Source of the DNA: Arenicellales bacterium
GTDB taxonomy: Bacteria > Pseudomonadota > Gammaproteobacteria > Arenicellales > JAJDZL01
Direction: 5' to 3'
NCBI GenBank assembly: GCA_965243645.1
Contig: CBDEVD010000005.1
Span: forward strand, 23,258-87,257
DNA length: 64,000 nt
Each line of letters begins with the position of its first letter. Position 1 is the first letter of the stretch. Made by a program: the position numbers and the translations under genes. The notes under the pieces were generated by a model. It made no database searches. It saw only the letters and a list, made by a program, of their open reading frames with translations, and was not told the DNA's origin. Below are positions 52,490 through 61,712 of the stretch, one piece after another.

Positions 52490-54790
52490 TCAAAACCTCA
52501 TCTGATAGGCCGCCACTGCGGCATGGTAATACTCACCATCTGCTTCAAGTCCTGCATATCCAAATCGCCACTCGCCCCGATTGGACTTTGACGATTTAAC
52601 ACTGGCGCCAAAACTCAAGGCACTGACTACTTCAGGCATGGCTTGTATTGTTGCACCTGAATTGAAACTCAACGCACCTATCTTATCCCTCTGTCTTAAA
52701 CTGATATCTCCATTCCTTTCTGAATCAGTGCGGATCTGATCCAACTGTAAGTGTGATTTCCACTTCGTTTCCTCTGAAAGATTCAACCACTCTCCGGCAC
52801 TCATCTTCAATCCCACTCGCAATGCAGAGTAATCCTGTGTATATGCAGGTACCTCTGCACTCAGTGCTGCACCTTGTGCTTCATGCGCTGAATAATCAAA
52901 GCTTCCTGCCTGGATTGATACTGAAGGTACGAACTCCAACCCACTGACACTTAACTTCGTACCGGCCGTAAACTGGGCTTGGGTGTGTGTTACTTCAGAG
53001 TCACTTACCAAAGCACTGTTCACCACTGGATTATTCATGATTGAATTAAAGTCATAGTCACCGTGTGAGAGTTTCACACCGGCAAAGTAACGATCATTGC
53101 GCCAGCCACTGCTCAATGCGTACACCTCACCTTGTGCCTGCTGGTTCAGTGCATTGACTTGTGCTGTGACATTCTGTGCACTTGAGGCTTCAATGTAGAA
53201 GTCATCGGTGCGATAAAGGGATAAACCAATCTCAGTGCCACTGGCCCCTGAGCTTGAGACTCCAGCCAAATTCAGAGTTTCATTCTGACCGGTACGAATC
53301 CAAACCTGGTAGGGTTGATTGCCGGATTCACGGATGGTAAGCCTATTGCGATCATCGATGGAGGCGTAGTAAGCAGACTGTGGAGTATTGAAGGCGTACT
53401 CATCAGCAAAGCTGGAGCCGCCAAATAAACCATCACCCCAGTAAAGGGCAATCAGTACTGCCACCAGACCTAATCCGAGTAGCACATCGTTGTCGTTGTC
53501 ATCGCCACCCGCGGCTGTAGTTGTTGCGGGGGTGGTCTTTTTCTCGGGTGGATCAGGATTGAGTTTAGCAATCTGATCAACCTTGTCTTCCTCAAAGGTT
53601 GCCGTTCCAACACCACTCTCATATGCAATTGAACCAACCTTAGCCGTCTTGCCATCGACATCCACTGTTTTGATGGACAAACTTTCTACATCTGTGGAAG
53701 TACCATCAATTTCACTGGTAATAGCTGTAACTTGTAACAACTGATGAGTATTGTCAGTGTCAGTGAGTTCGGTATTCGCAGCAGTGATTTGTACAGTCGT
53801 AAGATCATCATTCAACTGCGCATACACCGAGACCTCCTCGGCTTTGACGTCATTAAATTCCATTTTCGCCGCGATGATTTTACCGGTGCTACCACCCTTA
53901 CCAATCTCAAACACGACCTTACCGGGCTTGTGGACAGTTACCGTACCCGTGCCTACATTCATTTCCTTAACGATTACTATTGCGCCTTCACGCAGATTCA
54001 GTGCTGCATTGGCATTATTAGGCTCAAACTCTACATTACCTCCAAAACGCGCATAACCCTTGCCTCTTTTGGTTAAAGTTGTCAGACCGGTGATGTCCTT
54101 AGTAACTTCGAACCGTCGACCGTCATCGAGGTCAATGTCCATGGTGTCATTACCGGCTTCAAACTTAATCCCTCCATCAATCATGACGTTGTTCTTGATA
54201 TTTAAAACATCGTCTTGGGCAGTAAACATAATATTGCCAACCAGATTGCTGCCATCAATGTCCAGAGTTCCCGTACCAGCGCCGTCGAACTGTACGACAT
54301 TACCTTCCTCTTCAGGATCAGATATTGAAACCTCTTTCAGATTACTGATCTCAAAGCGAGAGTTCTTGGACGCCGTTGTTTCGACCTTAAAGGCGATACT
54401 TCCAATCACAATTGTTTTGGTGGAATCTGTATTGATCGTCACCGCTTCTTCTGCACCGGTAACCTTACTGAGGTCGATGATGACCTTTGATCGATTTGTT
54501 GCGAAGTTGGTTTGTGAAGTTAGAAGGGCCTGGAAATCGGTGCCATCAACCTCAGAAAATTCACCTTCGCAAGTAATTTGGAAGTCATTGCCTGATGATT
54601 CGTCGACAGTGAATGTATTGGTTTCACCAATTCTGCCTTGAACGACAGAGCATGGACCTTCATCCTGTGCCAGTGTTGGCTGTGGCATGGTTAACTGTAC
54701 GCCAAATAACAATGCAGCGCATAAGACTAGCTTGAGCCTCAACAGCCAGACTGCCTTAGCTAATAGACTTTTGTTAAATTGTTTGTTCAT
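52490..54790 (-). CDS. Autotransporter-type outer-membrane protein
   Basis: Signal peptide (...TMPQPTLAQ). Repetitive beta-helix-like passenger (G/T/N/V-rich). A ~280-aa C-terminal beta-barrel pattern ending ...AAYQMRF (terminal aromatic residue). Confidence 0.65.
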   Translation of the reverse strand: MNKQFNKSLLAKAVWLLRLKLVLCAALLFGVQLTMPQPTLAQDEGPCSVVQGRIGETNTFTVDESSGNDFQITCEGEFSEVDGTDFQALLTSQTNFATNRSKVIIDLSKVTGAEEAVTINTDSTKTIVIGSIAFKVETTASKNSRFEISNLKEVSISDPEEEGNVVQFDGAGTGTLDIDGSNLVGNIMFTAQDDVLNIKNNVMIDGGIKFEAGNDTMDIDLDDGRRFEVTKDITGLTTLTKRGKGYARFGGNVEFEPNNANAALNLREGAIVIVKEMNVGTGTVTVHKPGKVVFEIGKGGSTGKIIAAKMEFNDVKAEEVSVYAQLNDDLTTVQITAANTELTDTDNTHQLLQVTAITSEIDGTSTDVESLSIKTVDVDGKTAKVGSIAYESGVGTATFEEDKVDQIAKLNPDPPEKKTTPATTTAAGGDDNDNDVLLGLGLVAVLIALYWGDGLFGGSSFADEYAFNTPQSAYYASIDDRNRLTIRESGNQPYQVWIRTGQNETLNLAGVSSSGASGTEIGLSLYRTDDFYIEASSAQNVTAQVNALNQQAQGEVYALSSGWRNDRYFAGVKLSHGDYDFNSIMNNPVVNSALVSDSEVTHTQAQFTAGTKLSVSGLEFVPSVSIQAGSFDYSAHEAQGAALSAEVPAYTQDYSALRVGLKMSAGEWLNLSEETKWKSHLQLDQIRTDSERNGDISLRQRDKIGALSFNSGATIQAMPEVVSALSFGASVKSSKSNRGEWRFGYAGLEADGEYYHAAVAAYQMRF

Positions 54791-54906
54791 TGATTTGATT
54801 CTCCCTATGCTGTACGTACCTGTACGAATCGAGTTGTATGTTCAAAACAAAAAGGGGCACTGCCTAAACAATGCCCCTTTGTTTCAATTCTTGCTAACGC
54901 AAGGCG

Positions 54907-56727
54907 TTAGAAGTTGACACCAAACGCAACGTGTGTTGTACCACCGCTGTCATCATCCGCGTTGGTGTGTTCAACGAAAGTAAAAGCACCGCCGCCTAAA
55001 CTTTTGTTGATACCGACCATCCAGGGATTAGTTTTGGTTCCACTAGGCGCTTCTACGCTTCGACCCCAAGCCAGCCAGTTCAAACCCGTATCACCCAGAC
55101 TGCCTTGCATACCAAGGTAGTTGGTTTTGGTTTTGCCAGTCACCATGGGATCGTTGCTTTCCTCTTGAGAATGCCCAAGTCCAAGGGTTACAGCACCAAG
55201 CCCAAACTCAGCTGATATATGAGTTTTGTTTGCGCCGTAAACTGTATCCGTCACATTACCCATTGCGGTATGTGCGATTGAATACGCAGGGGTTCTGTTT
55301 TCTGAAACTGCAGCAGTTGCAACGGCATCTAATACCTGTTGCGCTGTGACAGTTGCGCTAGCAACGCCAGCTTCAGCAGAACCATCTGCAGACCCATCCT
55401 TATTGAACATAAGGTTTGCGGTCTTGTCTGTTGCCGCTTCTGCTAACTTAACCAACTCTTGAGTAACTAGAACAATATCGTTTGAGGTATCTGGGTCATC
55501 GTCAAGATCTAGCGTGATATACACCAACCCTTCAGCTTCGTCTGCCTTGTAGTATGGTCGTGCATAGCTATTTATAGCAAAATCATTGATGTAACCATCC
55601 AAATCAGCTTCTGAAAGGGTGGAAGGAACTTCAATGACATTCAGATACCGCCCCATCGAATCAATACGATCACCACGGTCATCAACATTTGAGCCCCACT
55701 TGCTCTTTACCTCTACGTAATCCATATTGGCAAGCATTGCGCCATTGGCAGCAGGCGTATAGGCGTGGTATGTGTTTGAAGTGGTATCTTTGCCTTTCGT
55801 TGATTCTTTCGTAGTGGTGGTCACATACTGAACGGAAGATACTGGTTTACCAGTGCCTGTGCATACATTAGCGAGCAACGCTCCCTTTGCATCTACGCAC
55901 GATCCCTTATCGTAAAACTTACCGCCAATCTTGACAACTTCATTCGTGTCAATATCTGTTTGACCTGCTGCTGCAATTACAACTTCAAGCGTAGCAGTAT
56001 TAGACTTACCGGTTGCCCTATCGGTAATCGTATGGGTAGCGACTGCATCACTTATAGCCATTCGACCGTCCTTTGTTCTGAAAACCAGCGTGCTGCCGGT
56101 CTTGTCAACTTTGCCGTTCGTGACGGTAAGTTTCAACGCGTCTTCGCCAGCCACCATTGACGGCGTAGCACCCATCATGGCCATCGTTGTAGTGGCATCT
56201 TCCCTTTTCTCATAACCAACTGAAAGTTTACCAATATCACCCAGCGCGGCTGTCATGCCAAATGCTGATCCATCAATACTCTTGCCTGTATCAGTAGCGC
56301 CGTCCATTATTAGATCGAGCTGTGCGCTAACCGATCCCGCAGAGATTGCATAAGAAAGTGCTTCGTAGCGTCCACCCAGAAGTTCATCACCATGGGATTC
56401 CCAGTACGCTTGATTGCGCATTCCGTTGTGAACATTAATTGCACCAGGGATCTTACCCAAAGTCAGGTTGCCGAAGCCGCCTGAAAGACCAACATAGAGT
56501 TGGTTGGCACTTTGGTTGGAACTGCTGCCAATCCTTGTTTCAAATTTGTAGACTGCGGTTAGCCCTTCACCTGCCTCGCTCGAGCCTTTAATGCCCCAGC
56601 GTGATCCATAGTTACTGGTTTTGGCATCTTGATCGCTTTTAAACTGGACACCGCCCCGAAGCGAACCGTACCAACTGGCGTCTGCGAAGATAACAGAGGG
56701 TATACTCAGGTTTGTAAATACTACCAA
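54907..56727 (-). CDS. Gram-negative porin with a very large internal insertion (606 aa)
   Basis: The N-terminus WYGSLRGGVQF...SRWGIKGSSEAGEGLTAVYKFE and the C-terminus ...THVAFGVNF are classic porin strands. The middle ~280 aa has no porin counterpart. TTG start, short uncharged leader. Confidence 0.7.
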   Translation of the reverse strand: MVVFTNLSIPSVIFADASWYGSLRGGVQFKSDQDAKTSNYGSRWGIKGSSEAGEGLTAVYKFETRIGSSSNQSANQLYVGLSGGFGNLTLGKIPGAINVHNGMRNQAYWESHGDELLGGRYEALSYAISAGSVSAQLDLIMDGATDTGKSIDGSAFGMTAALGDIGKLSVGYEKREDATTTMAMMGATPSMVAGEDALKLTVTNGKVDKTGSTLVFRTKDGRMAISDAVATHTITDRATGKSNTATLEVVIAAAGQTDIDTNEVVKIGGKFYDKGSCVDAKGALLANVCTGTGKPVSSVQYVTTTTKESTKGKDTTSNTYHAYTPAANGAMLANMDYVEVKSKWGSNVDDRGDRIDSMGRYLNVIEVPSTLSEADLDGYINDFAINSYARPYYKADEAEGLVYITLDLDDDPDTSNDIVLVTQELVKLAEAATDKTANLMFNKDGSADGSAEAGVASATVTAQQVLDAVATAAVSENRTPAYSIAHTAMGNVTDTVYGANKTHISAEFGLGAVTLGLGHSQEESNDPMVTGKTKTNYLGMQGSLGDTGLNWLAWGRSVEAPSGTKTNPWMVGINKSLGGGAFTFVEHTNADDDSGGTTHVAFGVNF

Positions 56728-56921
56728 CCAATTTTCCTAAACTGAATTTGCTGAATTCCGAAATCATCACTATCTGTCAGTGCTTGAATTGGGTATAGGC
56801 TGAGCAAGAGCTGCTTCCTAAATCAAATCCTAGGGTAAGCTAAAAATAGCTACTGTAGAACACGTTATTTACGGAAGCTTTCTTGATAATCCGCCGCGTT
56901 TCAATTTTATTGTTATACTAT

Positions 56922-56958
56922 TTAATATATTAATGTTTATTTATATATATTAATATAT
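56922..56958. promoter_or_regulatory. Two perfect AT palindromes (TTAATATATTAA at 56922-56933; ATATATTAATATAT at 56945-56958) just upstream of the HTH gene; candidate operators
   Basis: Read directly. The second ends 4 nt before the ATG at 56963. Confidence 0.4.
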
Positions 56959-56962
56959 CAAT

Positions 56963-57550
56963 ATGAACTACGAAACAGAAGAAATCACCAGAACATTAAG
57001 GGATGTACGAAGACAAAAGGGACTGAGCCAACGGGCCCTTAGCACTTTAGTAGGTTTGCCACAATCCCATATTTCAAAAATTGAGAAAAACGCGGTTAAC
57101 TTACGTATTTCCAACCTTATAGCGATTGCGCATGCACTTGATTTGGAAATTGCGCTTGTCCCACACAAGGCAGTTCCTGCTGTCAAATCCATAACCCAGA
57201 GCGTAACGACCTCACCGATGACCGATCCAGCAATCGGGAAGGAGTTTCGCAAGGTTGAAAAAACACTGAGATCCGTCAATCCCCATCTTGAAGTGCTTGT
57301 GAAATTTAACCAACTACAACGAAACTTCAAGGAAATTAGTCAGTTTCAAAATCTCGTCAAAGACGTCGATCGGTTACGCGACATTAGAAAGTCTCTTGAG
57401 AATTTCAAAACTAAAGGCGATAACGAATCCATCGATATTGTGATCGAACAAATAAATACCCTGCGCATATCTCTGGCTGATACACAAAGCGACGCTGATT
57501 CCATTCGCCCCGCGCGCCCCGCTTATCGATTGGACGGTGATGATGGCTGA
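56963..57550 (+). CDS. XRE-family HTH protein, HipB-like antitoxin candidate with a long C-terminal extension (195 aa)
   Basis: HTH KGLSQRALSTLVGLPQSHISKIEKN. Overlaps the downstream hipA-like gene by 14 nt. Confidence 0.75.
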   Translation: MNYETEEITRTLRDVRRQKGLSQRALSTLVGLPQSHISKIEKNAVNLRISNLIAIAHALDLEIALVPHKAVPAVKSITQSVTTSPMTDPAIGKEFRKVEKTLRSVNPHLEVLVKFNQLQRNFKEISQFQNLVKDVDRLRDIRKSLENFKTKGDNESIDIVIEQINTLRISLADTQSDADSIRPARPAYRLDGDDG

Positions 57551-58775
57551 TGTTACCGTACTCGATGTACTATTGCATAACCAGCGTATCGGCAGCTTGA
57601 CAAATATTGGCGGGGATCGAACGATCTTTTCTTTTAACGATGCCTACGTTAATGATCCGGACCGACCGACGCTCAGTCTTGGTTTCAAGGATGAGTTCGG
57701 TGCGCTGATAACGGAATTCAGGTCCTATCAAACGCGTGTCATGCCGTATTTCTCGAATCTTCTACCCGAAGGTCACCTACGCACCTATCTCGCGAAAAAA
57801 GCAAATATCAACGAAGGTCGAGAATTCTACCTGCTCTGGGCGTTGGGCCAAGATTTACCAGGAGCAGTAACTATTCGCCCCACTGCTGACGAAATACGGC
57901 CTCACGTGCTTAGCGATGGCAGTGATGATGATCAAATTAGCGACACTGATGTTCAGGAAAATGCACTTCGATTTTCGCTTGCGGGAATCCAACTCAAGTT
58001 TTCCGCCGTACTGGAAGCCAGCGGCGGACTGACCATCCCTGCTCATGGCGTCGGTGGATCATGGATTGTAAAACTGCCCTCACGCGCTTATTCAGGTGTT
58101 CCAGAGAATGAATTTTCAATGATGCGAATTGCCGACTTGATCGGCATGAACGTTCCAGCCATCGATCTCGTTGATCTCACCTTAATAAGGAATATCCCGG
58201 ACGGAATCGATAAGATTGGTGGTAAGGCTTTTGTTATTAAACGCTTCGACCGACTCGAAGACGGTACACGCATCCACACCGAAGATTTCGCACAAATTTA
58301 CGGCGTCTATGCTGAAGACAAATACAAGAATGCCAGTATGCGCAACATCGCCCAGGTTCTCGCTGCTGAGGGAAATGATGCAGATATCGCTGAATTCATC
58401 CGCCGACTAACTTTCAACGTCCTGATCGGTAACGGTGACATGCACCTCAAAAACTGGTCAGTCATTTATCCCGACCGCCGCACTGTCTCGTTAGCACCTG
58501 CTTACGACTTTGTCTCGACAATCCCTTACATTCCCGGTGATCGATTCGCACTGAACATCTCGCGCTCAAAGCAATTTTCGAATTTCAACGAAGACGAACT
58601 TAAGCACCTGTCGGCAAAAGCGGCACTGCCGGCCAAGCTCGTACATGATACCGCTCTTGAAACAGTCGATCTCTTCCACCAGCATTGGCAAGCCGAAAAA
58701 CACCACTTACCCATGTTCAAAAATGTTCGAAACGCCATTGAACTTCACCTTAAATCCGTGTTCAAGTTACAATAG
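57537..58775 (+). CDS. hipA: HipA-family serine/threonine kinase (type II toxin candidate)
   Basis: HipA N-terminal coupling region (LLHNQRIGSL...FSFNDAY), ...SLAGIQLKFS..., and the catalytic loop GNGDMHLKNWSVIY...APAYDFVST. Confidence 0.85.
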   Translation: MMMADVTVLDVLLHNQRIGSLTNIGGDRTIFSFNDAYVNDPDRPTLSLGFKDEFGALITEFRSYQTRVMPYFSNLLPEGHLRTYLAKKANINEGREFYLLWALGQDLPGAVTIRPTADEIRPHVLSDGSDDDQISDTDVQENALRFSLAGIQLKFSAVLEASGGLTIPAHGVGGSWIVKLPSRAYSGVPENEFSMMRIADLIGMNVPAIDLVDLTLIRNIPDGIDKIGGKAFVIKRFDRLEDGTRIHTEDFAQIYGVYAEDKYKNASMRNIAQVLAAEGNDADIAEFIRRLTFNVLIGNGDMHLKNWSVIYPDRRTVSLAPAYDFVSTIPYIPGDRFALNISRSKQFSNFNEDELKHLSAKAALPAKLVHDTALETVDLFHQHWQAEKHHLPMFKNVRNAIELHLKSVFKLQ

Positions 58776-58895
58776 CAACGCGTAGCACATCGGCAGAAAT
58801 GCCGGAAAATCAGACCGAACACCTACTTCGATGAATATGTGCCCTGACCTTAAAAACACTAATACAATTTTTGCTGCGAACTTCCTAAACGAGAC

Positions 58896-59768
58896 ATGTC
58901 TGAATTTGGAAAAATAGCAGGTTTGATCGTCGAAGACTTCTATCGCGGGCGCTTTGATTTGTCTGCGAGAAACAATGTACCTTCGACAACTTCCTGGGCA
59001 ACCATGCCCCAGGTCGAATGCGTGCAATACCTGCGCGATGCGGAGACCTCGGATCGAACCGTTTTGCTCTATCTGACATTTCTCGCCGCGATCGATCGCG
59101 CCAGGGACTCTGAACGCCTGTGGTGGAACGGGCTGGAATTGTTGGAAAGTCACCCGAAAGTTTTTGACCCGCTCGGACTGTTGGGCCTCAATTGTGAACA
59201 GCTCACGGAAATCCTCAATGATTGCAACGTTTCAAACAATAACGAACAGGATTCTCAAGCCTGGCTGGACATTGCTCAAACCATTGCACTCGAAAGCAGC
59301 TGCCCTGTCAGTCGCGTGATCTATGGTAAAACTGTCGATGCCAAGCATCTGCTCAAAGACTTAAATACGCGTGGCGACAACGGTAAAAATCGTTTCCCGC
59401 TGCTCAGTGGTGCTAAAACAACCCGATCCTGGATTCGCCTGCTGGCCCGTCCCGGTAACGCCAATATTGCACACCTCGATGCACTGCCCATTGCCGTTGA
59501 TGCACATGTCAGTCTGGCAACACACAATTTGGGAATGGTGAAGAAAGAAAATCTCGAAAAAACACAATTCAACGATTACATTCAATCAGTCTGGCGAAGC
59601 GCAGTTGCAACAATCAAGGTTGAAGAGCCTGACGACTTTCAGTCGACTTGCGCGGGACTTGATCCTGCCCTTTCTTTTTTTGGCCGCTATGGTTGCAGCC
59701 ACTGTGACAAAGTTGGTCAACCCGTGCGCATGGGTCTTGCTTGTAACCACTGTAAGCTATTCCTGTAA
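58896..59768 (+). CDS. Hypothetical protein with weak EndoIII/HhH-GPD-like features and a C-terminal CxxC...CxxC cluster
   Basis: ...LPIAVDAHVSLATHNLGMV resembles the (V/I)DTHV.RV..RLG helix of HhH-GPD glycosylases. C-terminal GCSHCDKVGQPVRMGLACNHC. Family assignment is tentative. Confidence 0.35.
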   Translation: MSEFGKIAGLIVEDFYRGRFDLSARNNVPSTTSWATMPQVECVQYLRDAETSDRTVLLYLTFLAAIDRARDSERLWWNGLELLESHPKVFDPLGLLGLNCEQLTEILNDCNVSNNNEQDSQAWLDIAQTIALESSCPVSRVIYGKTVDAKHLLKDLNTRGDNGKNRFPLLSGAKTTRSWIRLLARPGNANIAHLDALPIAVDAHVSLATHNLGMVKKENLEKTQFNDYIQSVWRSAVATIKVEEPDDFQSTCAGLDPALSFFGRYGCSHCDKVGQPVRMGLACNHCKLFL

Positions 59769-59858
59769 TTCACTCGTGCGCGCTGCTTTGGTATCCATAT
59801 CGATTACCCGAGGCAAGCACGCTTTAGTTTCAAGTCTCATCACCCCTCAAACCGATTC

Positions 59859-60581
59859 GTGAAACTCGAATTCAGATTCCGCCTCATTCCGACTCTGTGT
59901 ACGCTCGCGCTGCTGCCAGCTTTGATGGGTTTGGCGTTTTGGCAACTGGACCGGGCCGAACAGAGAATGGATATTCAAGACCTCTATCAAAGTCGGGCTG
60001 ATGCAACTCCCATTTCGATCGGTGCGACAATTGAATCACCGCGGGAACTCGAATTCCACCGTCTCCGGGCGAAAGGTGTCTGGGACGCCAATTACGAATT
60101 TCTTCTGGACAACCGTATCCGCAACGGTCAACCCGGATTTCACGTGATCACGCCATTGGTCTTTCGCGGCGAAAAATCGGCCATACTGGTCAACCGCGGA
60201 TGGATACCTGGCGTACCAGATCGAAGCCAACTGCCCACAGTCGAAACCGTCGCTGGCGAATCGACCGTAACAGGTTCAGCAGTTATCCCACCACAAGACC
60301 CATTTGTATTGAAAGATCCACCACCCATACAACCGGGAAATTGGCCAAGAATCTGGCAAACCCTGGACCTTGAGCGGTTCGCAAATGCAGTCCCCTACCA
60401 GATTCAAGGCGTAGTCATCTTACTGGACAACACTCATCCTGATGGATTTGAACGTGCGTGGCCACCACCTGACAGTAGTTGGATCGCGCGGCACAAAGCC
60501 TATGCATTCCAGTGGTTTGCACTCGGTGCGACTTTGCTTGTGATATACTTTTTGCTGGCATTTCGGCCTCGCCGAAGTTAA
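59859..60581 (+). CDS. SURF1-family cytochrome oxidase assembly protein
   Basis: GTG start. N-terminal TM plus GLAFWQLDRAEQ..., ...LVNRGWIP..., and a C-terminal TM. Confidence 0.85.
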   Translation: MKLEFRFRLIPTLCTLALLPALMGLAFWQLDRAEQRMDIQDLYQSRADATPISIGATIESPRELEFHRLRAKGVWDANYEFLLDNRIRNGQPGFHVITPLVFRGEKSAILVNRGWIPGVPDRSQLPTVETVAGESTVTGSAVIPPQDPFVLKDPPPIQPGNWPRIWQTLDLERFANAVPYQIQGVVILLDNTHPDGFERAWPPPDSSWIARHKAYAFQWFALGATLLVIYFLLAFRPRRS

Positions 60582-60730
60582 AGTAGTTTGTCTGCGTTCC
60601 GCCTGCATAACACAATCTTCAATCGTTTGTTCATTTTCATTAATTTGTGCTCATTTGCCCAGTGAGACACCGTTCGTTTTGACCGAATTCCAGTCGCACT
60701 AAAACCAATTTCCAATGTAGCTGATCAGCG

Positions 60731-61657
60731 ATGAGTTTGAATGTATCCAATCCCCCTGCGACTACCGGACAGATCCCGGGTCGCGGAATTCTGCAGGAGT
60801 ACTATCGGATTACCAAGCCACGAGTTGTCGCCCTGATCATGTTCACCGCGATCGCAGGGATGTTTCTTGCAGTACCCGGCATGCCTGATATGCTTACCCT
60901 GCTGTTTGCGACGCTGGGCATAGGACTGGCCGCAGCTTCGGGTGCAGCAGTCAATCACGTGCTAGACGAGGACAAAGATGCCCGAATGATGCGTACTCGC
61001 AACCGGCCCATTCCTTCGGGTCGAATTCGAACGCAATCAGCTTTGATTTTTGCTTGCATTTTGGCAGCTGTTTCGATGCTGATACTGACAGTCGCAGTCA
61101 ACACATTAACCAGTCTCCTCACATTCGCTTCCCTAATCGGATATGCGGTGATTTATACCGTTTTCTTAAAGCACGCAACACCACAGAATATCGTCATTGG
61201 CGGTGCAGCGGGTGCGATGCCGCCGGTACTGGGTTGGACTGCAATGACCGGTGCATTGAGTTCCGATGCATTTTTACTGTTCTTGATCATATTCTGCTGG
61301 ACACCACCCCACTTTTGGGCACTGGCACTGTACCGGCACAAAGACTACCAAAACGCGAATATTCCCATGCTACCCGTCACGCATGGACAGGAATTCACCC
61401 GCCTGCACATTCTGCTCTACACGGTATTGTTAATCGCTGTTTCGATAATGCCATTCGCAACCGGGATGTTTGGATGGCTCTACCTGGCAGCCTCAATTTC
61501 ACTTGGTGCTATCTTTTTCGGCTATGCACTTCGGCTTTTCAAAAACTATAGCGATCACACGGCACGCAAGATGTTCCGTTATTCGATCCAGTATCTCGGC
61601 TTGCTGTTTGCAGTCATGCTGATTGATCACTACCTTGTTGCAGTAATGGTGGTGTAG
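60731..61657 (+). CDS. cyoE: Protoheme IX farnesyltransferase (heme O synthase)
   Basis: UbiA-family motifs (...NHVLDEDKDARMMRTRNRP..., ...YTVFLK...) and multiple TM helices. Confidence 0.9.
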   Translation: MSLNVSNPPATTGQIPGRGILQEYYRITKPRVVALIMFTAIAGMFLAVPGMPDMLTLLFATLGIGLAAASGAAVNHVLDEDKDARMMRTRNRPIPSGRIRTQSALIFACILAAVSMLILTVAVNTLTSLLTFASLIGYAVIYTVFLKHATPQNIVIGGAAGAMPPVLGWTAMTGALSSDAFLLFLIIFCWTPPHFWALALYRHKDYQNANIPMLPVTHGQEFTRLHILLYTVLLIAVSIMPFATGMFGWLYLAASISLGAIFFGYALRLFKNYSDHTARKMFRYSIQYLGLLFAVMLIDHYLVAVMVV

Positions 61658-61712
61658 TTCGTTCCGCCCAACGACAGGGAAATCAATCGACTGATCAGTC
61701 CCCCCCTGAACG

